A stretch of DNA of 64,000 nt, from contig JAXMDF010000010.1 of the NCBI GenBank assembly GCA_046348975.1, positions 29,013 through 93,012 on the forward strand, read 5' to 3'. Positions 30,629-50,221 of this stretch are shown piece by piece. A program made the position numbers and the translations under genes. Source of the stretch: Amaricoccus sp. Lineage in GTDB: Bacteria; Pseudomonadota; Alphaproteobacteria; Rhodobacterales; Rhodobacteraceae. A model generated the notes under the pieces. The model was not told the origin of the DNA. It searched no databases and saw nothing but the letters and a program-made list of their open reading frames with translations. Position 1 is the stretch's first letter. Each line of letters opens with the position of its first letter.

Positions 30629-31324
30629 ATGTACGCGAACGGCTTTCCCGGCGACGCGGAGATGGCGCGGCTGACCGCGCGGATGCTGCTGGAGATCGAG
30701 GCGGTCAACTTCCGCCGCGGCGAGCCCTACAAGTTCACCTCCGGCCTCGCCTCGCCGGTCTACATCGACTGCCGCAAGCTGATCTCCTTCCCGGCCGTGC
30801 GCGCGACGCTGATGGACTTCGCCTGCGCCAAGCTGCTGCGCGACGCGGGCTTCGCGCGCTTCGACGCGATCGCCGGCGGCGAGACGGCGGGCATCCCCTT
30901 CGCCGCCTGGATCGCCGAGCGGCTGGCGCTGCCGATGCTCTACGTGCGCAAGAAGCCCAAGGGCTTCGGCCGCGACGCCCAGATCGAGGGCGCGCTGACC
31001 GAGGGCGCCCGGGTGCTGCTGGTCGAGGACCTCGCGACCGACGGCGGCTCGAAGCTGCGCTTCGCCGAGGCGGTGCGGGCGGCGGGGGGCGAGGTCGGAC
31101 ATACCTTCGTCGTCTTCTTCTACGGCATCTTCGCCCGCTCGGAGGCGGCGCTGCTGGAGCACGGGCTGAAGCTCCACTACCTCGCCACCTGGCGCGACGT
31201 GCTGGCCGAGGCGCGGGCGGGCAAGCACTTCGATCCCGAGACGCTGGCCGAGGTCGAGGCCTTCCTCGGCGCGCCGCTCGAATGGTCGGGAATGAACGGC
31301 GGCGTGACCGAGGTCGTGGGCTGA
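30629..31324 (+). CDS. pyrE: Orotate phosphoribosyltransferase
   Basis: [34 protein letters not shown]. Confidence 0.96.
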   Translation: MYANGFPGDAEMARLTARMLLEIEAVNFRRGEPYKFTSGLASPVYIDCRKLISFPAVRATLMDFACAKLLRDAGFARFDAIAGGETAGIPFAAWIAERLALPMLYVRKKPKGFGRDAQIEGALTEGARVLLVEDLATDGGSKLRFAEAVRAAGGEVGHTFVVFFYGIFARSEAALLEHGLKLHYLATWRDVLAEARAGKHFDPETLAEVEAFLGAPLEWSGMNGGVTEVVG

Positions 31325-31485
31325 AGACCCGGCCGCGCGCAGGCCCTTGATCGGCCTGTGGGAAGAGTCGTAGTGTCCCGTGCCGCAAGGCAGCCTTCCG
31401 GGAGGGGCGTCTCGATACTCCGAGGGTCGAAGGCGCTGGAAGAGCGCTGCGATCCGCCGAATCCGTCGAGGCCAAGGGGACGACC

Positions 31486-33948
<2,463 letters not shown>

Positions 33949-33987
33949 CCTTCGACTGCCAATGAGAACAACGCGGGGGAAACGCCG

Positions 33988-36204
33988 GTGACGAAGGAGC
34001 CAGTGAAGCGCGGCCGGCGTGCGCGCCCGCCGATCGGCCTGATCGACATGCCGGAGATCGAGGCGATCGTCTCGGGCTCGCACGGCGACCCGTTCGCGGT
34101 GCTCGGCGTGCACGAGGCGGGCGACGCGCTGGTCGCGCGCGCCTTCGTCGACGGCGCCGCAGAGCTCGAGGCCTTCACGCTCGACGGGACGTCGGCGGGC
34201 ACGCTGGAGCGGCGCCACGACGCCGGCTTCTTCGAGGGGCCGCTGACGCTCAAGGCCCGTCAGCCGCTCAAGTACCGCGCACGAAACGCCGGTGGCGAGT
34301 GGTGGGTCACCGACAGCTATTCCTTCGGGCCTGTCCTCGGACCGATGGACGACTACTACATCCGCGAGGGCAGCCACCTCAGGCTGTTCGACAGGATGGG
34401 CGCGCACCCGATGCAGCACGAGGGCGCCGAGGGCGTCCACTTCGCGGTCTGGGCGCCCAACGCCCGGCGCGTGTCGGTGATCGGCGACTTCAACGGCTGG
34501 GACGGGCGGCGGCACGTGATGCGGCTGCGCCGCGACACCGGCATCTGGGAGATCTTCATCCCCGACGTGCATGCCGGCCTCGGCTACAAGTACGAGCTGC
34601 TCGGCCCCGACGGCGGCCGGCTGCCGCTGAAGGCCGACCCCTTCGCGCGCGCTTCCGAGCTCCGGCCGGCCACGGCGTCGATCGTCGCGCCCGAGCTCGA
34701 CCACGAATGGGGCGACAAGGCGCACCGGGCGTTCTGGGCCGAGGCCGACGCCCGCCGGACGCCGATCTCGATCTACGAGGTGCATGCCGGCAGCTGGCGG
34801 CGGGACGGGGAGCGGTTCCTCAGCTGGGACGAGCTCGCCGACACGCTGATTCCCTACGCCGCCGACATGAACTTCACCCACATCGAGTTCCTGCCGATCT
34901 CCGAGCACCCCTACGATCCGTCCTGGGGCTACCAGACCACCGGGCTCTATGCGCCGAGCGCGCGGTTCGGGCCGCCCGAGGGGTTCGCGCGCTTCGTCGA
35001 CGGGGCGCACCGGGCCGGGATCGGCGTCATCCTCGACTGGGTGCCGGCGCACTTCCCGACCGACGAGCACGGGCTGGCGCGCTTCGACGGCACGGCGCTA
35101 TACGAGCACGCCGACCCGCGGCAGGGGTTCCATCCCGACTGGAACACCGCGATCTACAACTTCGGCCGGCAGGAGGTGTTCAGCTTCCTGATCAACAACG
35201 CGCTCTACTGGACCGAGAAGTTCCACGTGGACGGCCTGCGCGTCGACGCCGTCGCCTCGATGCTCTACCTCGACTACTCGCGGCGCGAGGGCGAGTGGAT
35301 CCCGAACAAGTACGGCGGGCGCGAGAACCTGGAAGCCGTCGCCTTCCTGCAGGCGATGAACCGCGCGGTCTACGGCAAGCACCCGGGGCGCGTCACCTTC
35401 GCCGAGGAGTCGACCTCCTGGCCAAAGGTTTCGGCGCCGGTCTACGACGGCGGCCTCGGGTTCGGCTTCAAGTGGAACATGGGCTGGATGCACGACACGC
35501 TCAAGTACATGTCCCTCGACCCGGCCTACCGGAAATACCACCACAACGACCTGACCTTCGGGCTCCTCTACGCCTTCAGCGAGAACTTCGTCCTGCCGCT
35601 CAGCCACGACGAGGTGGTGCACGGCAAGGGTTCGATGATCGCCAAGATGCCCGGCGACGGCTGGCAGAAGTTCGCGAACCTCCGTGCCTACTACGCCTTC
35701 ATGTGGGGCTATCCGGGCAAGAAGCTGCTGTTCATGGGCCAGGAGTTCGCCCAAGGCCACGAATGGTCCGAGGAGCGCGGGCTCGACTGGTGGCAGCTCG
35801 ACCTCGAGCCGCACAAGGGGATGCAGGCGCTGGTCCGCGACCTGAACAAGCTCTACCGGGACACGCCGGCCCTGCACCAGCGCGACTGCGAGGGCGATGG
35901 CTTCTCCTGGCTGATCGCCGACGACCGGCAGAACTCGGTCTTCGCCTGGGTGCGCAAGGCCCCGGGGCAGCCGCCCGTCGCGGTGGTCTCGAACTTGACG
36001 CCGGTTCCGCGCACCGGCTACGGCGTGCCGCTGCCGCAGGCCGGCCGCTGGAAGGAGATCATGAATACCGACGCCGGCGTCTATGGCGGCAGCGGGATGG
36101 GCAACATGGGCGGCATCGACGCCGAGGAGCGCGACGGCAGCATCATGGGGCACCTGACCCTGCCGCCGCTGGCGACGGTCTGGCTGGAACTCGAAACGAA
36201 CTGA
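33988..36204 (+). CDS. glgB: 1,4-alpha-glucan branching enzyme
   Basis: [34 protein letters not shown]. Confidence 0.97.
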   Translation: MTKEPVKRGRRARPPIGLIDMPEIEAIVSGSHGDPFAVLGVHEAGDALVARAFVDGAAELEAFTLDGTSAGTLERRHDAGFFEGPLTLKARQPLKYRARNAGGEWWVTDSYSFGPVLGPMDDYYIREGSHLRLFDRMGAHPMQHEGAEGVHFAVWAPNARRVSVIGDFNGWDGRRHVMRLRRDTGIWEIFIPDVHAGLGYKYELLGPDGGRLPLKADPFARASELRPATASIVAPELDHEWGDKAHRAFWAEADARRTPISIYEVHAGSWRRDGERFLSWDELADTLIPYAADMNFTHIEFLPISEHPYDPSWGYQTTGLYAPSARFGPPEGFARFVDGAHRAGIGVILDWVPAHFPTDEHGLARFDGTALYEHADPRQGFHPDWNTAIYNFGRQEVFSFLINNALYWTEKFHVDGLRVDAVASMLYLDYSRREGEWIPNKYGGRENLEAVAFLQAMNRAVYGKHPGRVTFAEESTSWPKVSAPVYDGGLGFGFKWNMGWMHDTLKYMSLDPAYRKYHHNDLTFGLLYAFSENFVLPLSHDEVVHGKGSMIAKMPGDGWQKFANLRAYYAFMWGYPGKKLLFMGQEFAQGHEWSEERGLDWWQLDLEPHKGMQALVRDLNKLYRDTPALHQRDCEGDGFSWLIADDRQNSVFAWVRKAPGQPPVAVVSNLTPVPRTGYGVPLPQAGRWKEIMNTDAGVYGGSGMGNMGGIDAEERDGSIMGHLTLPPLATVWLELETN

Positions 36205-36245
36205 GGGCCCGACGGGCCGGAAACAGCGACCATTGGGAGGGTGAG

Positions 36246-42557
<6,312 letters not shown>

Positions 42558-42625
42558 GGCGGGCGCCCCGGGGGCTTAGATCCGCTCAGGGGTTGGAGCA
42601 AAACCCATCCGAATCAGGGGCAAGG

Positions 42626-44161
42626 ATGGATCGCCGCACCTTCGTCAGTTCCGCGGTCGCCGGTTTCCTCGGCGGCGGAGTCGCGATCGCGCGCCCGACA
42701 TGGGCCGACCAGCCGGCGCCGGCCGCCTGGAGCTTCGACACGGTGGTCGCCCGCGCCCACGACATGGCGGCGCTGCCCTACCGCCGTCCGCTGATGAAGC
42801 TCACCGAGCCCTTCGCCGACCTGAAGTACGACCAGTTCCGCGCCATCCGCTTCCGCGAGGACAAAAGGCTCTTCGCCGACGGCCGCCCGTTCCAGGTCGA
42901 CCTGCTGCCGCCCGGCTTTTCCTACCAGGACGCGATCGAGATCTACGCCGTCAAGGACGGCGTCGCCGAGCGCATCCCCTTCTCGGTCGACTTCTTCGAC
43001 TTCTCCCCCGACTACTTCCCCTACAAGAACGGCAAGGCGCCCTCGAACCTCGCCCAGGACCTCGGCTTCAGCGGCGTCCGCATCCGCAACGCGCTGAACC
43101 GCCCGGGCGTCTGGGACGAGTTCGCCGTCTTCCAGGGCGCGAGCTACTTCCGCGCCGTGGCGCATGGCGCGATCTACGGCCTCTCGGCCCGCGGCCTCGC
43201 CATCGGCACCGGCGGCCCCGACGCCGAGGAGTTCCCGATCTTCACCGCCTTCTGGCTGCAGGAGCCGCGGCCGGGCGACCGCGCGCTGCGGATGAGCGCG
43301 CTCCTCGACAGCGACTCGGTCGCCGGCGCCTTCGACTTCTCGCTCGCTCCGGGCGTCGAGACCGTCATGCAGGTGCGCTCGATGCTCTTCCCGCGCCGCG
43401 ACATCACCGCGATCGGCATTGCGCCGCTGACCTCGATGTATTTCTTCGGCCCCGACCGCCGCGGCAACATCGACGACTTCCGCAACGCCGTGCACGACAG
43501 CGACGGCCTCCGCATCGTCAACGGCTCGGGCGAGCGGCTCTGGCGGCCGCTCCGGAACCCGACCAAGGTCGAGACCTCGGCCTTCGCCGACGAGAACCCG
43601 CAGTCCTTCGGGCTCATCCAGCGCTCGCGCGCCTTCGGCGACTTCGAGGACGGCGAGGCGCACTACGAGCTCCGCCCCAGCGCCTGGGTCGAGCCCGACA
43701 CCGGCTGGGGCAAGGGCTCGGTGATGCTGACCGAGCTCCCGAGCGCCGACGAGTTCGCCGACAACATCGTCGTCTTCTGGCGCCCAGAGGCGCCGCTGCT
43801 GGCCGGCTCCCAGGCGGGCTTCAACTACCGCGTGACCTGGGCGCTCGACGAGGTCGAGGAGCTGCCGCTCGCCCGCGTGGTCTCGACCCGCAGCGGCCTC
43901 TCGATCATCGACGCCCGCGAGCGGGTCTTCGTCGTCGACTTCGACCTCGGCATGGTCGAATTCCCGAGCGTCGTCCCGCGCCTGCAGGCCAGTGCCGGCG
44001 AGATCAAGAGCCTCGACATCACCCGCCTGCCCGACGCGACGCTCGCCCGCGTCGCCTTCCACTTCGTCGCCGGCGACGCCCCGTCGGCCGAGTTCCGCCT
44101 CTGGCTCGACAGCCAGGACACCCGCGCCTCGGAAATCTGGCTCTACCGCTGGAGCGCGTGA
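42626..44161 (+). CDS. Periplasmic glucan biosynthesis protein (OpgG/OpgD family)
   Basis: Tat signal MDRRTFV, FQGASYFRA, YGLSARGLA, EEFPIF, VHDSDGL, DNIVVFW. Confidence 0.92.
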   Translation: MDRRTFVSSAVAGFLGGGVAIARPTWADQPAPAAWSFDTVVARAHDMAALPYRRPLMKLTEPFADLKYDQFRAIRFREDKRLFADGRPFQVDLLPPGFSYQDAIEIYAVKDGVAERIPFSVDFFDFSPDYFPYKNGKAPSNLAQDLGFSGVRIRNALNRPGVWDEFAVFQGASYFRAVAHGAIYGLSARGLAIGTGGPDAEEFPIFTAFWLQEPRPGDRALRMSALLDSDSVAGAFDFSLAPGVETVMQVRSMLFPRRDITAIGIAPLTSMYFFGPDRRGNIDDFRNAVHDSDGLRIVNGSGERLWRPLRNPTKVETSAFADENPQSFGLIQRSRAFGDFEDGEAHYELRPSAWVEPDTGWGKGSVMLTELPSADEFADNIVVFWRPEAPLLAGSQAGFNYRVTWALDEVEELPLARVVSTRSGLSIIDARERVFVVDFDLGMVEFPSVVPRLQASAGEIKSLDITRLPDATLARVAFHFVAGDAPSAEFRLWLDSQDTRASEIWLYRWSA

Positions 44162-44179
44162 GCCGCGCGTGGAACGCCC

Positions 44180-45058
44180 TCAGGGGCGATCCCAGGTCGG
44201 ATGGAACCGTCCCGCCGGCGACAGGGTGAAGACCTCGACCCCGGTCTCGGTGACGCCGACCGAATGCTCGAACTGCGCCGACAGCGACCGGTCCTTGGTC
44301 ACCGCCGTCCATTCGTCGTCGAGGATCTTCGTCTCCGGCCGGCCGAGGTTGATCATCGGCTCGATGGTGAAGAACATCCCCGGCTCCAGCACCGGCCCCG
44401 CCCCCCAGCGACCGTAGTGCAGCACATTGGGCGAGGCATGGAACACCCGGCCGAGCCCGTGGCCGCAGAAGTCGCGGACGACCGAGCAGCGGTGCGCCTC
44501 GGCGAAGCGCTGGATCGCGGCGCCGATGTCGCCGAAGGTGTTGCCGGGCCGCACCTGCCCGATCCCCTCCATCAGCGCGTCGTGGGTGATGCCGATCAGC
44601 CGCTCCGCATAGGGCTTGGGCGTCCCGGCGAAATACATCCGCGAGCTGTCGCCGAACCAGCCGTCGACGATCACCGTCACGTCGATGTTGAGGATGTCGC
44701 CCTGCTGCAGCGCATCGTCCAGCCGCTTCCGCTCGTTCTTCCCCGTCGGGATCGGGCTGCCCGGGATGCCATGGCATACCACGTGATTGACCGAGATGCA
44801 GCTCGCGTGCCGGTAGCCCTTGTAGCCGATCGTGGCCGACGTGGCGCCGGCCGCGCGGATCATCTCGTGGATGGCAGCGTCGAGCTCCAGCGTCGTCGCC
44901 CCCGGCGCCACCAGGGGCCCGACCCGGTCGAGGATCGAGGCGGCGAGCCGGCCCGCGGTCCGCATCCCCTCGAAGTCCGCCGGCGTATGGATGCGGATGC
45001 CGTCCCGGTTGAGGCGGCCTGGGAGGATATTGTCCAAGGCGGGTTCTCCCGACGTCAT
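44180..45058 (-). CDS. map: Methionine aminopeptidase type I
   Basis: CISVNHVVCHGIP, NIDVT..DGWFGDSSRM, CGHGLG, TIEPMIN, SAQFEHS. Confidence 0.96.
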   Translation of the reverse strand: MTSGEPALDNILPGRLNRDGIRIHTPADFEGMRTAGRLAASILDRVGPLVAPGATTLELDAAIHEMIRAAGATSATIGYKGYRHASCISVNHVVCHGIPGSPIPTGKNERKRLDDALQQGDILNIDVTVIVDGWFGDSSRMYFAGTPKPYAERLIGITHDALMEGIGQVRPGNTFGDIGAAIQRFAEAHRCSVVRDFCGHGLGRVFHASPNVLHYGRWGAGPVLEPGMFFTIEPMINLGRPETKILDDEWTAVTKDRSLSAQFEHSVGVTETGVEVFTLSPAGRFHPTWDRP

Positions 45059-45103
45059 GCCTTCGGGATGTAGCGCCTGCCCCCCGGTTTTGCAACGCAA
45101 CCG

Positions 45104-45808
45104 CTACCCCTCGAACGGCAGCTCCCGGTCGATCCAGATCCCCGTCGGGTCGATCCGCACCGCGTGCGCGAGGATCTCGACCCCGGCCGTCCGCGCCGCC
45201 GACGAGGCGGCCGCATAGGCCGGGTCGCGATCGGCCGCGAGCCGGAGCGACGCGCAGTCGGCCCGCTGCACCACGTAGAGCATCGCCGCCCGATGCCCGG
45301 CCGCCGCCACCGCCGCCAGCTCGCGCAGGTGCCGCGCGCCCCGCGCGGTCGCCGCGTCGGGAAACTCCGCCAGCCCCCGCTGCCGCTGGAAGTGCACGTT
45401 CTTCACCTCGAGGTAGGCGTCCGGCCGGCCCTCGCCCGACAGCACGAAATCGACCCGGCTGGCCTCGCCGTAGCGCACCTCCGGCCGCACCCGCGCGTAG
45501 CCGGCCAGCCGCGGGATCGCCTTCGCCGCCAGCGCCTCGGCGACCAGCCGATTCGGCAGGCTCGCGTCGATCCCGACGAAGCCCGCGCCGTCGAGCTCGA
45601 CCAGCCGCCAGGCGAAGCCGAGCTTGCGCTTCGGCCCCTCCATCGGCTCGAGCCAGACCGTCGTCCCCGGCTGGTTCAGCCCGGTCATGGCACCCGAGTT
45701 CGCGCAGTGGGTCGTCACCTCGCGGCCGTCTTCCAGCATGACGTCGGCGAGGAATCGTTTATACCGGCGCAGCAGCGTGCCGCGGACGAGCGGGGTCTTG
45801 AACAGCAT
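45104..45808 (-). CDS. sfsA: DNA/RNA nuclease SfsA
   Basis: RRYKRFLADV, HCANSGAM, SRVDF, LEVKNV, FPDAATARGARHL. Confidence 0.93.
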   Translation of the reverse strand: MLFKTPLVRGTLLRRYKRFLADVMLEDGREVTTHCANSGAMTGLNQPGTTVWLEPMEGPKRKLGFAWRLVELDGAGFVGIDASLPNRLVAEALAAKAIPRLAGYARVRPEVRYGEASRVDFVLSGEGRPDAYLEVKNVHFQRQRGLAEFPDAATARGARHLRELAAVAAAGHRAAMLYVVQRADCASLRLAADRDPAYAAASSAARTAGVEILAHAVRIDPTGIWIDRELPFEG

Positions 45809-45845
45809 CGCCCGACCCTGCGCCGCCGCCGCGAGGAGGACAAGC

Positions 45846-46580
45846 ATGCCGAACCCCACCGCCGCCATGCTGACGATTGGCGACGAGATCCTCTCGGGCC
45901 GCACGCGCGACACCAACATGCCGCACCTCGCCCAGGCGCTCGCCGCCAAGGGCATCGACCTGCGCGAGACCCGCACCGTCCCCGACGTCGAGGCCGAGAT
46001 CGTCGCCGCCGTCAACGCGCTCCGCGCCCGCTACACCCACGTCTTCACCTCGGGCGGCATCGGCCCGACCCACGACGACATCACCGCCGACTCGGTCGCC
46101 GCCGCCTTCGGCGTGCCGATCGACGTGCGCGAGGACGCCCGCGCCATCCTCGCATCGAACTACGCCAACCCGGAGCGCGACCTGAACGAGGCGCGCCTGC
46201 GCATGGCGCGCATCCCGGACGGCGCCGAGCTGATCGACAACCCGGTCTCCAAGGCCCCGGGCTTCAGCCTCGGCAACGTCCACGTGATGGCCGGCGTCCC
46301 CGCGGTCTTCGAGGCGATGGTCGCGGGCCTGCTCCCGCGGCTGACCGGCGGCCGGCCGCTCCTCTCCGAGACTTTCCGGGTGATGCGCCCCGAGGGCACC
46401 ATCGCCGGTCCGCTCAGGATCGTCGCCGAGGCGCACCCGGCGGTCGCGATCGGCAGCTACCCCTTCAGCCGGGACGGCGTCTTCGGCGCCAACCTCGTCG
46501 CGCGCAGCGACGACCCCGATGCGCTGGCCGCGGCGGCCGCGGCGCTCCGGGCGATGGCGGCCGAGCTCGAAGCGGGGTAG
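45846..46580 (+). CDS. CinA N-terminal-like molybdopterin-binding domain protein
   Basis: IGDEILSGRTRDTN, TSGGIGPTHDDIT, MAGVP. Confidence 0.9.
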   Translation: MPNPTAAMLTIGDEILSGRTRDTNMPHLAQALAAKGIDLRETRTVPDVEAEIVAAVNALRARYTHVFTSGGIGPTHDDITADSVAAAFGVPIDVREDARAILASNYANPERDLNEARLRMARIPDGAELIDNPVSKAPGFSLGNVHVMAGVPAVFEAMVAGLLPRLTGGRPLLSETFRVMRPEGTIAGPLRIVAEAHPAVAIGSYPFSRDGVFGANLVARSDDPDALAAAAAALRAMAAELEAG

Positions 46581-46681
46581 GTCGGGCTTGGCGAAAGCCG
46601 CCGCCCCGGCCCATCGCCTTGCCTCGGCGGCACTGCTCCCGCCATAGTCGCCGGCGAACCCCGCCCGGAGCCTCCGCCGCC

Positions 46682-48499
46682 ATGCACGGCCTCGACCTCG
46701 TCAACACCGCGATCATGGTCGGCGCCGCGCTGGTGCTGCTCGGGATCGCGTCGAGCCTGGTCGCGACCCGCTTCGGCGTGCCGCTGCTCCTCGTCTTCCT
46801 CGTCGTCGGCATGCTCGCGGGCCAGGATGGGCCGGGCCACATCGTCTTCAACAACTACTCGGTCACCTACCTTATCGGCTCGGTGGCGCTCGCCGTGATC
46901 CTGTTCGACGGCGGGTTGCGTACCCGGCTCTCGGTCTTCCGCGGCGTCGTCGCGCCGTCGCTGCTGCTGGCCACCGCCGGCGTGCTGATCACGGCCGCCG
47001 TGGCCGGCGCCGCCGCCTGGGCGATCTTCGCGCTCAAGCCCATCGAGGCGCTGCTGCTCGGCGCGATCATCGCCTCCACCGACGCGGCGGCGGTCTTCTT
47101 CCTGCTCCGGACCGGCGGGCTCCGGCTGCAGAGCCGGGTCGGATCGACGCTCGAGATCGAATCCGGCACCAACGACCCCACGGCCGTCTTCCTCGTCGTC
47201 GTGCTGACCGAGTTCATCCTCGCCGGCCCGCGCGCCTCGGGCTGGTCGGTGGTGCTCGAGATAGCCCAGCAGGGCCTGCTCGGCGCCACCCTGGGCCTCG
47301 CCGGCGGCCTTGCGCTCGTGGCGATCCTCAACCGCGTCGCCATGCCCGGCGGCCTGCACCCCCTCTTCGCCGTCACCGGCGCCATCCTGATCTACGCCGC
47401 CGTCTCGCTCGCCGGCGGCAGCGGGCTCCTTGCCGTCTACGTCGCCGGCCTCGTGGTCGCCAACCGCCCGACCCGCGCCTACCCCTCGATCGTCGGCTTC
47501 CACGACGCCGTGACCTGGCTCTGCCAGATCGTCATGTTCCTCGTCCTCGGCCTCCTGGTGACCCCGTCGACGCTCTGGAACTTCGCCTGGCAGGGCGTGC
47601 TGATCGCGCTGGTCCTGACCTTCGTCGCGCGCCCGCTCGCGGTCTGGCTCTGCCTTTCGCCCTTCGGCTTCACCCGCAACGAAAAGCTCTTCGTCTCCTG
47701 GGTCGGCCTGCGCGGCGCCGTCTCGATCTTCCTCGCCGCCATCCCGACCCTCGCCGGCGCGCCGAACTCGGGCACCTACTTCAACACCGCCTTCTTCGTG
47801 GTGCTGCTGTCGCTCCTCGTGCAGGGCTCGACCCTGACCACCGCCGCCCGCCGCCTCGGCGTCGCGCTCAGGCAGGTGACGCACAAGAGCAGCCGGGTCG
47901 AGATCGACATCCCCGGACAGAACGAGCAGGAGATCGTCGGCTATCCGGCGACCGCCGACACCCTCGTCCTCGGCCTCCACCGCCTGCCGGCCTGGGCCCG
48001 CGTCGTCATGGTCGTCCGCAAGGGCCACATCCTCGAGCCCTCGGAGGCGCTGCCGCTCAAGGCGGGCGACTACGCCTACTTCCTGATCGGCCGCGAGCGG
48101 CTGACCCGCCTAGACAGCCTGTTCCGCGAGAGCCCCGACGTCTCGCGCCGGCTCGGCCTCCTCTTCGGCGAGCTGCCGATCCGCGGCGAGACCAGGATCG
48201 GCGAGGTCGAGCAGTTCTACGACCTCGACTTCGGCGACCACCCGCGCGACATCACCCTCGCCGACTGGGCCGCCGAGCGGCTGAAGAAGCCGGCGCTCGA
48301 CGCGAGCCTCGCCGTCCCCGGCGGCAAGCTCGTCGTCCGCCGCCTCGAATCGGGCCGCATCGCCAGCATGGGTCTGCAGCTCGACGAGCTCTTCGAGGTC
48401 GAGCCCGACGAGCGCATCCTCGCCCGGATCGAGGAGGAGATGGACGAGCTCGGGCCGCTGCGCCGCTGGCTGCGACGGTTCCGCCCGGGGTCGGCCTGA
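46682..48499 (+). CDS. Potassium/proton antiporter (NhaP2/CvrA)
   Basis: ILFDGGLRT, ASTDAAAVF, EIESGTNDP, WVGLRGAV; C-terminal TrkA-C/CorC-like region. Confidence 0.9.
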   Translation: MHGLDLVNTAIMVGAALVLLGIASSLVATRFGVPLLLVFLVVGMLAGQDGPGHIVFNNYSVTYLIGSVALAVILFDGGLRTRLSVFRGVVAPSLLLATAGVLITAAVAGAAAWAIFALKPIEALLLGAIIASTDAAAVFFLLRTGGLRLQSRVGSTLEIESGTNDPTAVFLVVVLTEFILAGPRASGWSVVLEIAQQGLLGATLGLAGGLALVAILNRVAMPGGLHPLFAVTGAILIYAAVSLAGGSGLLAVYVAGLVVANRPTRAYPSIVGFHDAVTWLCQIVMFLVLGLLVTPSTLWNFAWQGVLIALVLTFVARPLAVWLCLSPFGFTRNEKLFVSWVGLRGAVSIFLAAIPTLAGAPNSGTYFNTAFFVVLLSLLVQGSTLTTAARRLGVALRQVTHKSSRVEIDIPGQNEQEIVGYPATADTLVLGLHRLPAWARVVMVVRKGHILEPSEALPLKAGDYAYFLIGRERLTRLDSLFRESPDVSRRLGLLFGELPIRGETRIGEVEQFYDLDFGDHPRDITLADWAAERLKKPALDASLAVPGGKLVVRRLESGRIASMGLQLDELFEVEPDERILARIEEEMDELGPLRRWLRRFRPGSA

Positions 48500-48762
48500 C
48501 GCCGCTGCGGCCCGAGCATGGTTAACGCCGCGGCGCCCCCAATATCGAGCGTAGCCGAGCCCGGCCCGAGGCAGAAGGCGCTTTCAAGGCAATTGGTTAA
48601 GCGGACTGCGTTCCCTGGGCCGCGGAGCGGTACCATTGTCATGCGGGCTCCGGCTGATCGCCTCGCGTTCCGGGCATCCCGGCGCCACCCTTGCCCCCGG
48701 CCGTGCTCAACGACAGCGTCGCCGTGCAAGGAAGTGGGCGAAGCGATCATCCGGCTCCCGTT

Positions 48763-49974
48763 TCAGGCCGCCCTGCGCGGCCGCCGGCGGTTGCGCGGCG
48801 CGGCGACCCGCGGCTTCGGCGCGGCGGCGGGGCGGGCGCGCGCCGGCCCCGGTGCGAGCAGCGTCGTGCGCGTGAGCTTCTCGATCGCGCGCAGCCGCTC
48901 GGTCTCGTCCGGGGCGCAGAGCGTGATCGCGATCCCGTCGGCGCCGTTGCGGCCGGTGCGCCCTATGCGATGTACGTAGCTCTCGGCGGCGTCCGGCAGG
49001 TCGTAGTTGACGACATGCGTCACGCCCGGCACGTCGATGCCGCGGGCGACGATGTCGGTGGCGACCAGCACCCGCACCTCGCCGCCGCGGAAGGCGCCGA
49101 GCGCCCGCTGCCGCGCGTTCTGCGCCTTGTTGCCGTGGATCGCCGCGGCGGCGATGCCGTCCTTCGCGAGGTTCTGCGCCACCCGGTCGGCGCCGCGCTT
49201 GGTGCGGGCGAAGACGATGGCGCGCCGCACCTCGGGATCGCCGAGGATCTGCGCCAGCCGCGCCCGCTTGGCGGCGGTGTCGACGGCCTCGACCCGCTGC
49301 TCGATCCGCTCGATCGTCGTCGCCTGCGGCGCCACCTCGACCCGCACCGCGTCGCGCAGGAAGCTCGCCGCGAGCCCGGCGACGTCGGCCGGCATGGTGG
49401 CGGAGAAGAGTGCGGACTGCCGGCGCGGGTGCAGCGCCGCGACGATCTTCCGCACCGGCTGGATGAAGCCCATGTCGAGCATGCGGTCGGCCTCGTCAAG
49501 CACCACCCAGCGGGTCTGGTCGAGCGCGATCGAGCCATCGTCCATCAAATCCGTCAGCCGCCCGGGCGTCGCGACCACGACGTCGAGCCCGCGCGCCAGC
49601 GCCCGCACCTGCGCGCTCCGCGAAGTGCCGCCGAGCACCAGCAGCGTCGCGAGCCGCGCGCCGCCCGCGAAGCTGCGGAACGCCGCCTCGATCTGCACCG
49701 CGAGCTCGCGGGTCGGCGCGAGCACGAGCGCCCGGCAGGTCTTCGGCGCAGGGCGGCCGCGCAGCTCGAGCAGCTGGTGCAGGATCGGCAGCGCGAAGGC
49801 CGCGGTCTTGCCGGTGCCGGTCTGGGCGATGCCGAGGATGTCGCGCCCCGCGAGCTGCGGCGCGATCGCCTGCGCCTGGATCGGCGTCGGGGCATCGAAG
49901 CCGGCGCGCGCAAGCGCGGCGGTGAGCGGCTCGGCCAGGCCGAAGTCCGCGAAGGTCGTGGTCGTCACGTCCAT
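48763..49974 (-). CDS. DEAD-box RNA helicase (RhlE-like)
   Basis: Q motif PTPIQ, AQTGTGKT, PTRELA, DEAD, SAT, HRIGRTGR, basic C-terminal tail. Confidence 0.95.
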   Translation of the reverse strand: MDVTTTTFADFGLAEPLTAALARAGFDAPTPIQAQAIAPQLAGRDILGIAQTGTGKTAAFALPILHQLLELRGRPAPKTCRALVLAPTRELAVQIEAAFRSFAGGARLATLLVLGGTSRSAQVRALARGLDVVVATPGRLTDLMDDGSIALDQTRWVVLDEADRMLDMGFIQPVRKIVAALHPRRQSALFSATMPADVAGLAASFLRDAVRVEVAPQATTIERIEQRVEAVDTAAKRARLAQILGDPEVRRAIVFARTKRGADRVAQNLAKDGIAAAAIHGNKAQNARQRALGAFRGGEVRVLVATDIVARGIDVPGVTHVVNYDLPDAAESYVHRIGRTGRNGADGIAITLCAPDETERLRAIEKLTRTTLLAPGPARARPAAAPKPRVAAPRNRRRPRRAA

Positions 49975-50221
49975 ACTCCTTCCCGCGCGGCAGGTCGCCG
50001 CGGGGAGATGCGCCTTCGTCAGGCGCAGGTGACGAAAACAATCCGAGGGGTTCGCGATGCCGGAGCCGGGCTCCTTGCGCCATCGCCGCGCAGCCGGGGT
50101 CGTCCCGGCGCACGGCCTACATAGGCGATCTGCTGCACCGCGGCAAGCCATACCGTCGCCCTCCCGATTCGCGCCGGGGCTTTATCCCCGGCCCGGAACC
50201 CGCTAGCTCTGGCGGCAGTGC

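Noticed and set aside
48500-48762. GGTTAA half-sites and a possible sRNA between the convergent antiporter and helicase genes
   Set aside because: No canonical CtrA spacing, terminator or recognisable RNA family.
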